Assembly: GCA_031262835.1 (NCBI GenBank)
Contig: JAISGY010000021.1
Location: forward strand, 707 to 64,706
From: Ruminococcus sp.
Lineage (GTDB): Bacteria; Bacillota; Clostridia; Oscillospirales; Ruminococcaceae
Direction of reading: 5' to 3'
Length of the DNA: 64,000 nt
A program made the position numbers and the translations under genes. Each line of letters opens with the position of its first letter. Positions within the stretch are counted from its first letter, which is position 1. Shown in pieces: positions 1 to 9,451 of the stretch. Below the pieces are notes generated by a model, which ran no database searches, was not told the DNA's origin, and saw only the letters and a program-made list of their open reading frames with translations.

Positions 1-1445
1 AAAATTATTTCGGCGATTATGCGAAAAAACAAGGTCACAACCTTGTGAAACTCTATGCGGACGAGGGTATTTCTGGCACGAAAATCAAGAACCGCAAGCA
101 GTTTCAGCAACTGATGAAGGACGCGAAACTCGGTATCTTCGAGCTTGTTGTGGTAAAGGATATTTCGCGTTTTGCTCGTAATACCGTCGATTTTTTACAG
201 AGTGTTCGCACCCTCAAAAGTTACGGTATCAACACGATTTTTCTCACTGCGAATATGGAGTCGATGGGGGACAGCGAATTTGTCCTGACCCTCTTTTCAG
301 CCATCGCCCAAGAGGAAAGCTCCAACACATCCAAGCGTATTAAATTCAGCAAGAAAACCAATGCCGAAAAAGGGCGGGTTCCGAACTATGTCTACGGTTA
401 CGACAAAATCCCCGGCGACTATTTCAATTTGTCCATTAACGAAGCGGAAGCCGCTGTGGTGCAGGAGATTTTCACAAACTACACCACTTCCGGTAACGGC
501 GTAAATAAAATCGCCGATATGCTCAATGACCGCGGCATTAAGACCAAACGCGGCGGTAACTGGAATCCCAACGGCGTAAAAAGGATTTTGCAGAACGAAA
601 TCTACATAGGCAAAATCATCAACGGCAAAGAGGAAGTCAAGGATTTTCTCACTGGTACACGCACGCAGAAGGATGAATCCGACTGGCTTGTAACCGTTCG
701 TCCCGAGCTTGCTTTAGTTGATAATAGCGTGTTCGAGAAAGCTCAAGCAATTCTATCAGAGCGTGTCACAAGCTTCACCGAACTTCATTCCCGCCACAGC
801 AACAAGCACAATTTCAGCACCCTTATAAAATGTTCTGATTGCGGTTATTCTTTCCGTCGTATTATCTATAAGGACAAGCTGCGTTGGGTGTGTTCAAGGC
901 GGAATATCGGCGGGGCGGATAAATGCCCGAACGCTACAATAGTCCCGGAGGACAGGCTTATAAGCGAACTGCAAAGCTATTTTTCGGAAATTTTATCTGA
1001 TAAAGAAACGGTTCTGAAAAACGTTGTCACGGAGTTTAACCGTATCTATCGCGGTCGCGGTGAGAATGAAAATTCTTATGCTGCTTCTAAGGAAAAACTC
1101 AAAACCCTGTCGGCTCAAAAAGACAAATTCACGCAGATGTTTGTGGACGACCTTATGACCCGAGAGGAAGTCAATGCAAAAATCAAACCGATTAACAATC
1201 AGATTGAGCAGATAAAACGAGACATGAAAATTCTTGAATATAACCTTTCAAAGTCCGACATTTTCGAGAATGTGCTTGACAAGACTTTTCAAACGATGTC
1301 CGATATAACCGATGTAAACTGCATGACCAATGCCGAACTCTCGGCGATTATCAACAAAATCACGGTTGACAAAGACGGGCAAATCGACATATACCTTAAT
1401 CTCTTAAACGAAATCGGGTTGGATAAATCTATTCTTGTTAATGAC
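1..1445 (+). mobile_element. right end of an intervening/integrated element inserted in spoIIID (rest lies upstream of the window)
   Basis: The recombinase gene occupies the extreme end. Its last codons overlap the point where spoIIID-homologous coding sequence begins (about 1441). Confidence 0.6.
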
Positions 1446-1457
1446 ATCAATACATAA
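1..1457 (+). CDS. large serine recombinase (5' end cut by window edge)
   Basis: The frame is open from base 3 upstream of the listed Met (NYFGDYAKKQGHNLVKLYADEGISG...). It shows resolvase-type catalytic-domain motifs (VVKDISRFARN, SAIAQEESSNTSKRIK), a recombinase domain, a Cys-rich zinc ribbon (CSDCGYSF...WVCSRR...KCPN) and a C-terminal coiled coil. Confidence 0.9.
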   Translation, partial: NYFGDYAKKQGHNLVKLYADEGISGTKIKNRKQFQQLMKDAKLGIFELVVVKDISRFARNTVDFLQSVRTLKSYGINTIFLTANMESMGDSEFVLTLFSAIAQEESSNTSKRIKFSKKTNAEKGRVPNYVYGYDKIPGDYFNLSINEAEAAVVQEIFTNYTTSGNGVNKIADMLNDRGIKTKRGGNWNPNGVKRILQNEIYIGKIINGKEEVKDFLTGTRTQKDESDWLVTVRPELALVDNSVFEKAQAILSERVTSFTELHSRHSNKHNFSTLIKCSDCGYSFRRIIYKDKLRWVCSRRNIGGADKCPNATIVPEDRLISELQSYFSEILSDKETVLKNVVTEFNRIYRGRGENENSYAASKEKLKTLSAQKDKFTQMFVDDLMTREEVNAKIKPINNQIEQIKRDMKILEYNLSKSDIFENVLDKTFQTMSDITDVNCMTNAELSAIINKITVDKDGQIDIYLNLLNEIGLDKSILVNDINT

Positions 1458-1620
1458 AGACATAACTGAAAAATTATCGTTAACGAATCACACGTTATAT
1501 AAAGAAGTCAAGACTGTGCTTGATAAGAATAAAAGCGAAAGACACCTTCGCGGCGGAATTGCTACAAAGGAAAAGTTTGAAATGATAAAAGAGCTCAAAA
1601 ATAAAACGGGAGAGGCGTAA
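1441..1620 (+). pseudogene. spoIIID: 3' portion of spoIIID (mother-cell transcription factor), lacking about 35 N-terminal residues; split gene
   Basis: MTSIHKDITEKLSLTNHTLYKEVKTVLDKNKSERHLRGGIATKEK aligns with my recollection of B. subtilis SpoIIID (KSTVHKDLTERLPEINPDLANEVKEILDYHKSIRHLRGGEATK). Upstream in the same frame (TKSGWINLFLL) there is no homology and a stop at 1405-1407. Confidence 0.75.
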
Positions 1621-1638
1621 AGCTTCTCCATTTTTTTT
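1608..1638. terminator. bidirectional intrinsic terminator between the spoIIID fragment and the cysK-like gene
   Basis: Stem gggagaggc/gcttctcc followed by an 8-T run. An A-rich tract on the other side serves the convergent gene. Confidence 0.5.
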
Positions 1639-2470
1639 AAGCCGGCAAAAGCGCAACAATTTTCTTCCCCGCACTGTTTTCTGTAACAGTCTTAGCGGCA
1701 GCGTAAACCGCGCCTGAACTTATCGAAAAAGGCAAACCATAACACCTTCGCATTTCACGCGACGTCTTAACAGCAGTTTCCGAACTTACCGTTAATATTT
1801 CATTCGGCAAATTAACATCAAAAAGCGGCGGAATAAATCCCGCACCAAGCCCCGGAATCTCATGTAACCCCGGCTTTTTCCCCGATAAAACCGCCGATTC
1901 TTCCGGCTCAACCGCGATGATTTTAACGTCGCGGTTTTTAGAGCGTAAAAGCTCTCCGGCACCCGTTAAGGACGCTCCCGTCCCAACCCCTGCGATAAAA
2001 ATATCGACCTCTTCATTCATGTCCTGCCAAATTTCAACCCCCGTGTAGTCCCTGTTTGCAAGGGTGCAAAGAGGGTCTTCAAAATGGTTAATGTAAACTG
2101 CTTCCCTTATGTCTTTTGCGGTCAGTATTGCGTTTTTCATACCCTTTTCGGACGGGACAAGGACAACCTCCGCGCCGTATGAAGCAAGCTTTTTCCGGAA
2201 CCGCTCGTCCATGTTGTCGGTCGCGACGATTATTACGTTTATTCCCATTGACGCGCCGATTTGTGCAAGCGACAACGCCGAAAGCCCGCTGCTTGCCATA
2301 GAAACGGTGTCGCCCTTTTGGCAGTACGCTTCAAGCATGGAAAAAATACTGCGGTCTTTAATGCTGCCGGTTGGGTTGAAAATCTCGCATTTTGAGTATA
2401 TATTTCCCATTTTTATCATCGGCGTATTGCCGATAAGCTCATGTAAACCGCCGTAAATTCTCATACTCAA
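1637..2470 (-). CDS. cysteine synthase-family PLP-dependent enzyme
   Basis: NPTGSIKDR PLP-lysine motif, GVGTGASLTG glycine loop, and the overall CysK/CysM fold pattern. At 277 aa it is shorter than typical CysK. Confidence 0.8.
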   Translation of the reverse strand: MSMRIYGGLHELIGNTPMIKMGNIYSKCEIFNPTGSIKDRSIFSMLEAYCQKGDTVSMASSGLSALSLAQIGASMGINVIIVATDNMDERFRKKLASYGAEVVLVPSEKGMKNAILTAKDIREAVYINHFEDPLCTLANRDYTGVEIWQDMNEEVDIFIAGVGTGASLTGAGELLRSKNRDVKIIAVEPEESAVLSGKKPGLHEIPGLGAGFIPPLFDVNLPNEILTVSSETAVKTSREMRRCYGLPFSISSGAVYAAAKTVTENSAGKKIVALLPA

Positions 2471-2489
2471 TATTTTATGATAAATTATC

Positions 2490-2518
2490 TTGACTAACCA
2501 TGGAAAATATGTTATACT
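2490..2518 (+). promoter_or_regulatory. sigma-A-type promoter for guaA
   Basis: TTGACT-17 nt-TATACT, located about 30 nt upstream of the guaA ATG. Confidence 0.5.
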
Positions 2519-2549
2519 GATATAAGTAATTTTTGAAAGGACTCAAAAA

Positions 2550-4055
2550 ATGTCTCTTGTGCTTGTTATTGACTTCGGCGGGCAGTATAACCAACTCATT
2601 GCGCGCCGCGTAAGGGAATGCAACGTGTATTGCGAGGTTATTCCATATAAAACTCCGATTAGCGAAATTTTGGCAAGAAACCCTATTGGGATAATTTTTA
2701 CGGGCGGTCCTGCGTCGGTTTTGGACGAAGATTCCCCGAAAATTGACAAGGCAATTTTTGAGGCGGGGATACCTATCCTCGGTATCTGTTACGGTTGCCA
2801 ATTAATGGGGCAAATCCTCGGCGGAGAGGTTTCGGCGGGCGCGAAAGAATACGGTCAGACCTCGACTTTTTATGACGATTCGCCGCTCTATTCGGGTACC
2901 GGCATATCTTGGATGAGCCATACATACTATGTAAGCCGTCTGCCGGAGGGGTTTAAGTCAATTGCGCATACAAATAGTTGCCCGAACGCCGCTATTGCAA
3001 ATGTTGGGGCGAAGCTTTACGGCTTGCAGTTTCACCCCGAGGTTAACCACACCGAAAACGGCACAGCTATGATTCGGAATTTCCTTTATAATGTGTGTAA
3101 AGCAACGGGCGATTGGACGATGTCGGACTACATGAACCGCTCTATTGAGAGTATTAGGAACACGGTCGGGGAGGGGAGAGTGCTTCTTGCGCTTTCCGGC
3201 GGCGTTGACAGCAGTGTTGCGGCGGCTCTTTTGTCGAAAGCAATCGGCAACAAGCTGACCTGCGTTTTCGTTGACCACGGTATGATGAGGAAGAACGAGG
3301 GCGACGAAATAGAGGCAGCGTTTGCGCACCGCAATCTTCACTTTATAAGGGTCAATGCCGAGGCGCGTTTCCTCCAAAAACTTGCGGGGATAGAAGAACC
3401 CGAAACGAAGCGCAAGATTATCGGCGAAGAGTTTATACGCGTTTTTGAAGAAGAGGCGAAAAAAATCGGGCGGGTGCAGTTTTTAGCGCAAGGAACAATT
3501 TATCCGGACGTAATTGAAAGCGGTTTGGGCGACGCAGCAGTAATAAAATCGCACCACAACGTCGGCGGGATTCCCGACGCAGTCGATTTTGAAGACATAA
3601 TTGAACCGTTACGAATGCTTTTTAAGGACGAGGTTCGCGCACTCGGACGTGAGCTTGAACTTTCCGAAACGCTTGTAAGGCGGCAACCTTTCCCCGGACC
3701 GGGGCTTGCGATACGGATTATCGGGGATATTACGAAAGAGAAGCTTGAGTGTTTACGCGACGCGGATAAGATTTTCCGTGATGAGCTTGAAAAAACCGAT
3801 ACGCCACTTTCGCAATATTTCGCGGTTTTAACGTCTATGCGCTCGGTAGGCGTAATGGGCGACGAACGCACATACGACTACACCTGTGCACTCCGCGCAG
3901 TCGAAACTACCGATTTCATGACGGCGGATTTTGCGCGTATACCCTATGATATTTTAGCGAGAGCAAGCTCACGGATAGTAAACGAGGTCAGCGGAATAAA
4001 CCGCGTGGTTTATGATATTACTACTAAGCCGCCGGCGACTATAGAATGGGAATAG
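2550..4055 (+). CDS. guaA: GMP synthase (glutamine-hydrolysing)
   Basis: GATase domain ([11 protein letters not shown]), ATP-PPase SGGVDSS motif, and the canonical C-terminus ...PPATIEWE. Confidence 0.97.
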   Translation: MSLVLVIDFGGQYNQLIARRVRECNVYCEVIPYKTPISEILARNPIGIIFTGGPASVLDEDSPKIDKAIFEAGIPILGICYGCQLMGQILGGEVSAGAKEYGQTSTFYDDSPLYSGTGISWMSHTYYVSRLPEGFKSIAHTNSCPNAAIANVGAKLYGLQFHPEVNHTENGTAMIRNFLYNVCKATGDWTMSDYMNRSIESIRNTVGEGRVLLALSGGVDSSVAAALLSKAIGNKLTCVFVDHGMMRKNEGDEIEAAFAHRNLHFIRVNAEARFLQKLAGIEEPETKRKIIGEEFIRVFEEEAKKIGRVQFLAQGTIYPDVIESGLGDAAVIKSHHNVGGIPDAVDFEDIIEPLRMLFKDEVRALGRELELSETLVRRQPFPGPGLAIRIIGDITKEKLECLRDADKIFRDELEKTDTPLSQYFAVLTSMRSVGVMGDERTYDYTCALRAVETTDFMTADFARIPYDILARASSRIVNEVSGINRVVYDITTKPPATIEWE

Positions 4056-4146
4056 CTTTTAACATTTCACGAAATTCCATAACGTGCCGTAAACCCTTAT
4101 AAACACTCGTTTCTTGACTGCTTACCCTGACATATCATTTCACAAT

Positions 4147-4201
4147 GTGTGCCACATTTTCATAATATGGCGTAAAAAGTGGCACACAAAGTGGCACACA
4201 A
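4147..4201. repeat. GTGGCACACA motif: one inverted copy plus two direct copies in the att arm
   Basis: tgtgtgccac (4147-4156) followed by agtggcacacaa twice (4178-4189, 4190-4201). Confidence 0.8.
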
Positions 4202-4218
4202 ATAAGAGCATTTTTTAA

Positions 4219-4251
4219 GCCCTTGCCGGATTAACCGACAGGGGCTTTTTT
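4219..4251 (+). terminator. intrinsic terminator downstream of guaA, supplied by the island
   Basis: Stem gcccttgccgg/ccgacaggggc followed by TTTTTT. Confidence 0.6.
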
Positions 4252-4272
4252 CGTTTGAGATTATAGAAATAT

Positions 4273-4292
4273 AGTGACAAAAGTGACAAAAG
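4273..4292 (+). repeat. tandem 9-mer iteron AGTGACAAAAGTGACAAAAG (copy 1 of 4-5 in the island)
   Basis: The same 19-20-mer occurs at 9133-9152 (+), 9179-9198 (-) and 12005-12023 (-). A degenerate copy lies at about 13542-13558 (-). Confidence 0.85.
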
Positions 4293-4358
4293 GTCTAAAT
4301 TTATAATTTAGAAAACAGAAAAAAGGGTGAAATAAGTGAATTAATTAATTGTTCATAT

Positions 4359-5822
4359 TTATTCATTGATGGCGGAAAGCCTAAGGGGTGCAGATGTTTG
4401 AATTATCCCCGCGAATGAAGCCCCGACAACGTCCATAGCGGCGGCACGGCGTTGGGCGAAACTATGGGCGTAATGCTTACTGATAATCTCTATTGTGTCC
4501 CCGGCGAGAGCGGCAACGTTCACCGGGTCTAAACCGTTTGAGATTAAGAGCGATACGAAAGAATGTCTCATGCTGTGGGCGTGTAGACCGCGAGGCAGTT
4601 CTTGACGTGCCTTTAATATCCGCTTCACGGCTTTATTCGGCGTTGCCTTGTCCATAAGTCCGCCTGTGGAGTTCGTGCAGACAATGCCGTTGTCTTGCCA
4701 TAATGAACCAATCGAAGCGGAATACTTCTCTTGCTCTGCTTTGTGATTGATGAGAATATCACGCAGGAGCGGCGAAAGGGGGAGCTTCCGGCGTGACCGC
4801 TTCGTTTTGAGGTCTGTGAGGGCTAAACCGTGCAGGGTATCACCGCAATTCTTCTCGATACTGACAACGCCGTTATTATAATCAATATCGCACCACCGAA
4901 GCCCACGAGCCTCACCGCTCCGAAGACCGAGCATAAGCATAAGGATTATTGCAACACGGACGTTATTATCAATATCAATCTCATTGAGGGCGTTAAGGAA
5001 TATCGGTATTTGCGTATTGTCGAGGTATGGGGGTATGTCCTTTTCGCCTATACGAGGCTTTGTGGCGTTCTCTACCGGGTTTTGTTGCAGTACACCATTC
5101 TTGACACAGGCAGTAAACAGAGCCGACAGCGTGTAAGTTATCTTGCTTACCGTCAACGCCGAAAGGGGCTTGACTTCTATTTTCTTTTCAAACGCCGAGG
5201 ACAGCGACACGCCGTAGTATTTGGCGATTTTTTCGGCTATTTTCTTTTCGCAGTTATCCCCACGCCGGACACGGACAAAGGTATTGTCAACGCCTATGCC
5301 CAGCTCACGAGCCACGAGGTTAAAGCCGCCGTCCGTCCTTGACGGTTTTCTCTCATACATAATCTGTATAAATTCGGGCTTTGCAGAGTAGACAGCTCTA
5401 CCACCGCCGCCGCCTTTTTCAAGAAGCTCTGCAAGAAGCTTTGTAACCATAGGGGCGGTTATCTCTTTGAGCTTATAGTTGCCGAGCCGAGGGGTGAGAT
5501 AATGCTCAAACACGAATGTGTCCGCCATGAAGGTACTCTCCCGAAGTTCGAGCTTGCGAATGCCGTTAAACCATTCCACGGCTTGCGAGAAGGTGCTTTT
5601 ATCGGAGATGTCACCGCTCTTAAGCTGTCCTCTCTCTATGCGTTCCTTGAAGCTGTCAATAGCCTTTTGCAGTTCGCTCTGTAGCCGCTTCTTGCCTGTT
5701 TCTGTTGCCCGGTAATACTCACAGAACTTCTTCCCGTTCACTTGAACACGCATTTGATATAGACCGGGGCGGTCTTTTCGCTCTGTCACGCCGAGGGGTA
5801 AGCCGCTCTTACTATGCTTCAT
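4359..5822 (-). CDS. tyrosine-type site-specific integrase
   Basis: C-terminal catalytic region with GLRSGEARGLRW, HAHSMRHSF and ISKHYAHS (R..HxxR..Y pattern), plus an N-terminal arm-binding/SAM-like domain. Confidence 0.95.
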   Translation of the reverse strand: MKHSKSGLPLGVTERKDRPGLYQMRVQVNGKKFCEYYRATETGKKRLQSELQKAIDSFKERIERGQLKSGDISDKSTFSQAVEWFNGIRKLELRESTFMADTFVFEHYLTPRLGNYKLKEITAPMVTKLLAELLEKGGGGGRAVYSAKPEFIQIMYERKPSRTDGGFNLVARELGIGVDNTFVRVRRGDNCEKKIAEKIAKYYGVSLSSAFEKKIEVKPLSALTVSKITYTLSALFTACVKNGVLQQNPVENATKPRIGEKDIPPYLDNTQIPIFLNALNEIDIDNNVRVAIILMLMLGLRSGEARGLRWCDIDYNNGVVSIEKNCGDTLHGLALTDLKTKRSRRKLPLSPLLRDILINHKAEQEKYSASIGSLWQDNGIVCTNSTGGLMDKATPNKAVKRILKARQELPRGLHAHSMRHSFVSLLISNGLDPVNVAALAGDTIEIISKHYAHSFAQRRAAAMDVVGASFAGIIQTSAPLRLSAINE

Positions 5823-6432
5823 GCGATATTTCCCTCTTTTCTTTCATCTTAACAAGCATACCTTCAATACAAACAAGAAATGCTTTTCGCAGTGTATCTT
5901 CAACAAATGCCGAACCATGTTCAAATATTCTGAATCCGTCAATATTCACTTTTGTGGTAAACAAAGTAGTATTTTGTTCAATACTCATTTCTGCAAAAAA
6001 ATATGAGTAAATCAATCGCAATGCTTGTTTACCATATTCATCGGAAAGCAGTAAATTTATAGCCTCACGATATTCTATAGTAGCACCACACCGCTCTGCG
6101 CCTGTATCATTCCATTTAAATTTCGGCATATCAGACAAAACATTCAATGCCGTTTCTTCAAGCCCGGTTATATTAATTGCTGTCTGAATGTCGGCGTTTG
6201 GGGTCTTTACTTCCGATAAACCAAGTAAATAATCGGTACTCACGCCGAAATATTCAGCTATTGAGATAATATTACCCGATTTTATATCTCGTGTTCCTTG
6301 TTCCCACTGTGAAACCGTTACACGGTCTACAAAAAGTGCGGTAGCCATTTCTTGTTGTGTGATGTTTTTTTTAGTGCGTAAGTGGGCTATGCGTTCGCCT
6401 ATGCTTTCAACATTTTTGTTTCCTTTTTTCAT
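5812..6432 (-). CDS. XRE-family HTH repressor with C-terminal domain (Stl/CI-like position)
   Basis: HTH_3 motif (IAHLRTKKNITQQEMATALFVDRVTVSQWEQG). It overlaps the integrase start and diverges from the replication module. Confidence 0.85.
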   Translation of the reverse strand: MKKGNKNVESIGERIAHLRTKKNITQQEMATALFVDRVTVSQWEQGTRDIKSGNIISIAEYFGVSTDYLLGLSEVKTPNADIQTAINITGLEETALNVLSDMPKFKWNDTGAERCGATIEYREAINLLLSDEYGKQALRLIYSYFFAEMSIEQNTTLFTTKVNIDGFRIFEHGSAFVEDTLRKAFLVCIEGMLVKMKEKREISHEA

Positions 6433-6489
6433 TATTAATTACTCCCTTGTGCGATTTTGTTTCATTGCGATAATTAATGAAACATTTTC

Positions 6490-6518
6490 TTGACTTCGCT
6501 TTTTGTTTCGTTTATAAT
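6490..6518 (+). promoter_or_regulatory. rightward promoter of the island with flanking operator-like inverted repeats
   Basis: TTGACT-17 nt-TATAAT. Palindrome gtttcatt...aatgaaac lies just upstream (about 6459-6483). Confidence 0.55.
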
Positions 6519-6587
6519 ATAAGTGTAACATAAAGTTTCTCAAATGTCAAGCGAAAACGAAAAAATATTTTACGGAGGTAATAACAT

Positions 6588-6749
6588 ATGAGAACCGAAG
6601 ATATAGAACGTTTAGCCGCCGAGGAACGTAAGGCGTACTTCAAGGCGTGGAGGGCGGCGAATAAAGAAAAGACTGCAGAACACCGCCGCCATTACTGGGA
6701 GAAAAAGGCGTTAGAACGTTTGAACACCGAGCAAAACAAGGGGGCGTAA
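6588..6749 (+). CDS. small basic protein (53 aa), below the ORF-track cutoff
   Basis: ATG preceded by GGAGGT at 7-nt spacing. Encodes MRTEDIERLAAEERKAYFKAWRAANKEKTAEHRRHYWEKKALERLNTEQNKGA. The stop lies 3 nt before the next ATG. Confidence 0.5.
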   Translation: MRTEDIERLAAEERKAYFKAWRAANKEKTAEHRRHYWEKKALERLNTEQNKGA

Positions 6750-6752
6750 ACT

Positions 6753-6959
6753 ATGACACAGGAAAGCAATAAGCCGCGAATGCTCACTATTCCGCAGTTG
6801 GCAGCAGAGGGATATTTACCCGAAAGAGCAATAAGACGGCTTGTAGCAGAGGGTGCAATTCCGACCGTGAGAATCGGTACAAGGCGATACATTAACCTTG
6901 CTGTATTCATTCGGTATTTGACGGGTGAGAAAGAAGCGGTTACATATGAGCGTATTTGA
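6753..6959 (+). CDS. excisionase-type (MerR/HTH_17-like) DNA-binding protein
   Basis: LTIPQLAAEGYLPERAIRRLVAEGAIPTVRIGTRRYI is typical of excisionase-family HTH proteins. Confidence 0.7.
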   Translation: MTQESNKPRMLTIPQLAAEGYLPERAIRRLVAEGAIPTVRIGTRRYINLAVFIRYLTGEKEAVTYERI

Positions 6960-7593
6960 CATTCGCGCCGCCTTCGAGTATGCCCGTGAGTGTGTCGCCG
7001 CCGAGCAAGCGGCTCTCCGATATGGTATTGAACTCAATCGAGGACATCGCGCCCGCTGTCCGTTTCATGACGGCAAAGACTTTAATTTAAGCTTCCACGG
7101 CGGCGGGTATCGGTGCTTTGTATGCGGGGTAAGTGGTGACAGTGTGGGGTTTACGAGGTTGTTATTCGGGTATCAAAAGCCCATAGAAGCCTTGAAACGG
7201 CTTAATAATGACTTTGGGTTAGGTCTTGACTTAGAGGCAGGGAAGCCCGAAGCGGAACACCATACCACGCTAAAGCAGATAAAGCAAATACGGCGTAATG
7301 CCGCCGAGCGTGATTTGCCGGAAGCGGTACGCCGCATTCTATGGGAGTATTCACTTGATTTAGACTGGGTGCAACGTAATCTTGCACCGAAAACACCCGA
7401 AGACGAACCGGCGGACGTGTGGGTATATGCCTTGCAGAATTTATCATATGCAGAGTATATCCTTGACAGTTTCGATAATATGACACCCGAAAACAAGCTT
7501 ATTTTTGCCATTAAAAAAAAGGAGATGATAACCGAATATGAAAACGTATCAAGACTTATTGACGGCTTACGAAGGCGAAAAAACGCCGCCTGA
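6946..7593 (+). CDS. CHC2 zinc-finger protein (primase-like N-terminal domain)
   Basis: CPFHDGKDFNLSFHGGGYRCFVCGVSGD CHC2 motif. The start was chosen by alignment with the paralogue at 13679 (MSVFDIR vs MVFEIVR). Confidence 0.75.
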   Translation: MSVFDIRAAFEYARECVAAEQAALRYGIELNRGHRARCPFHDGKDFNLSFHGGGYRCFVCGVSGDSVGFTRLLFGYQKPIEALKRLNNDFGLGLDLEAGKPEAEHHTTLKQIKQIRRNAAERDLPEAVRRILWEYSLDLDWVQRNLAPKTPEDEPADVWVYALQNLSYAEYILDSFDNMTPENKLIFAIKKKEMITEYENVSRLIDGLRRRKNAA

Positions 7594-9127
7594 CGAGCAT
7601 TCAGACGGCGAAAGAAATTATTTTGACTATCAGTATTCACAACATAATTATACCACACCCGGCGCGGAATGTCAAGCGGTTTTCAATGAATTTATACCGA
7701 TTGAAAACTCTGAACCGCTCCCTATGTTTCCGCTTCAAGCAGTTAATAAAATATGCCCTGTAGTGGGTGAGCTTATATTTGCAGCGGCGGAAAGCATACA
7801 AACATCTTATGACCTTGACGGAGTGGGTACGTTGGGTGCGTTGTCTGTAGCTTGTAGAGGGCGTTATCCTGTGGTGTTACCAAACGGACACCATGAACGA
7901 CCATGCTTTTATTTCTTTCCTATAGCACCGCCGTCTGAACGAAAAAGCGGCGTTATAGATACTCTTTTCCGACCGCTTGTCGATTATGAAATAGAGTACA
8001 ACAGAGAACACGGCGGCGAGGTTGCACAAAGTCAAAGCGAACTAACATTGTTAAAAGGACGAATTACAAACGCACAGACAGCGGCTATAAAAGCGAAAAC
8101 AAGTGATGACAGACTACTTGCTGAACACGAATTGCAGGAGCTTAATAGTGAGCTTGCTGAGTTTGAAACCGTTGAACCGTTAAGGCTATTCGGCGCAGAC
8201 GTTACGCCGGAAAAGCTTGCTTGTATGCAAAAATCACAAGATGGTGTATTCGCTCTTGTGTGTGCAGAAGGTGCCGCCATACTCGAAAATATCGGGCGGT
8301 ACACCGACAAGGGCGGCATGGAAATTTACCTTCACGGCTATAGCGGTGACAGAGTATGTGTCGACCGTAAAAGCTCTGAAAGTATCGTCATTGACAATCC
8401 CACGCTTAATATAATGGCACCATGTCAACCGTCTGTTATAACCGATATGTTTTCAGATAAGGAAAAAGCTGGGCGAGGTTTACTTTCAAGAATGTTATTC
8501 GTCAAGTGTTATTCGCGAGTGGGTAACAGAAAATTCACGAGTAAACCTATTGACGAACGCATTTACACGAATTATAGCAACCTTGTACACAATATGCTAT
8601 CTGCTTCAAGTAAAGGGGATTTGCGGTTTGATGATAACGCCCTTGTGGTATGTGAATCATTCTTTGATGAAATCGAAGCGAAACTTAATGCCGAAGACGG
8701 CGAACTCTCTTTTATGGGAGACTGGGGCGGTAAGCTTCACGGGCAAATGGTACGCCTTGCAGGGTTACTTCATTGCATAGCCGCCTTTGAGCAGGGGAGA
8801 AACCCGGTTGAAAGCTTCATCAACGCAGACGAAGCCCATGCCGCCGTTATCCTTGCCCGGTATTTCCTTGAACACGCTAAGGCGGTATACACAGAGGAAA
8901 GAGAACCGCAGGCTATTTCAAATGCCCGGTATCTGTGGGGAAAAATCAAGTCTGCTAAATCCATAACCAAACGAGACCTTACGCGAAAAACACAGGGTAA
9001 ACGAGACTTTTACCTTGATGAAAGTTTAACCGAGCTTGTCAACCGGGGTTATATTAGGGTTGAGGTTATCCAAACAGGGGGCAGACCGATAGAGCAAATT
9101 ATAATAAATCCCGAATTAAAACAATGA
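7538..9127 (+). CDS. DUF3987/YfjI-like replication protein (putative helicase-type initiator)
   Basis: 529 aa. It overlaps the CHC2 gene, has a paralogue at 14235-15764, and sits in the position of PICI/IME Rep proteins. The family call is from memory of the sequence pattern. Confidence 0.6.
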   Translation: MKTYQDLLTAYEGEKTPPDEHSDGERNYFDYQYSQHNYTTPGAECQAVFNEFIPIENSEPLPMFPLQAVNKICPVVGELIFAAAESIQTSYDLDGVGTLGALSVACRGRYPVVLPNGHHERPCFYFFPIAPPSERKSGVIDTLFRPLVDYEIEYNREHGGEVAQSQSELTLLKGRITNAQTAAIKAKTSDDRLLAEHELQELNSELAEFETVEPLRLFGADVTPEKLACMQKSQDGVFALVCAEGAAILENIGRYTDKGGMEIYLHGYSGDRVCVDRKSSESIVIDNPTLNIMAPCQPSVITDMFSDKEKAGRGLLSRMLFVKCYSRVGNRKFTSKPIDERIYTNYSNLVHNMLSASSKGDLRFDDNALVVCESFFDEIEAKLNAEDGELSFMGDWGGKLHGQMVRLAGLLHCIAAFEQGRNPVESFINADEAHAAVILARYFLEHAKAVYTEEREPQAISNARYLWGKIKSAKSITKRDLTRKTQGKRDFYLDESLTELVNRGYIRVEVIQTGGRPIEQIIINPELKQ

Positions 9128-9132
9128 AACGT

Positions 9133-9198
9133 AGTGACAAAAGTGACAAAAGCCCCTCATTCAGTAAAAAAAACGACCCTTTTGTCACTTTTGTCACT
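9133..9198. repeat. perfect 20-bp inverted repeat of double 9-mer iterons flanking a 26-bp A-rich spacer (candidate origin)
   Basis: agtgacaaaagtgacaaaag (9133-9152) / cttttgtcacttttgtcact (9179-9198), starting 6 nt after the stop of the DUF3987 gene. Confidence 0.85.
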
Positions 9199-9247
9199 AT
9201 AAATCTTAAAACTAAAAACGCAAATTATATATTGATGGTGTAAATTT

Positions 9248-9439
9248 ATGACTGACTTCTTAAAATCCATAGGCGAAAAATACCCGGACTTGCTAAGATA
9301 TTTGAAAGGGTTGAAACGTCCGGCAAAACCCGAATGGCGAGACTATGAAAACGCAAAAGGTTATTTAAGAACGTTTCCTTTATCGTGTGACGAATATGAC
9401 GAGTGCAGACGATACATAGAAAAACGGTTAGGTATATGA
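9248..9439 (+). CDS. hypothetical protein (63 aa)
   Basis: ORF co-oriented with the module. No recognisable motif. Confidence 0.45.
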   Translation: MTDFLKSIGEKYPDLLRYLKGLKRPAKPEWRDYENAKGYLRTFPLSCDEYDECRRYIEKRLGI

Positions 9440-9451
9440 GGGGGTGAAACC

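Noticed and set aside
2475-2801. ORFs 2475-2801 and 2543-2749 (minus strand) overlapping the guaA promoter and 5' end, plus 2109-2456 and 2116-2301 opposite the cysK-like gene
   Set aside because: They are antisense to well-supported genes, with no motifs and no RBS.
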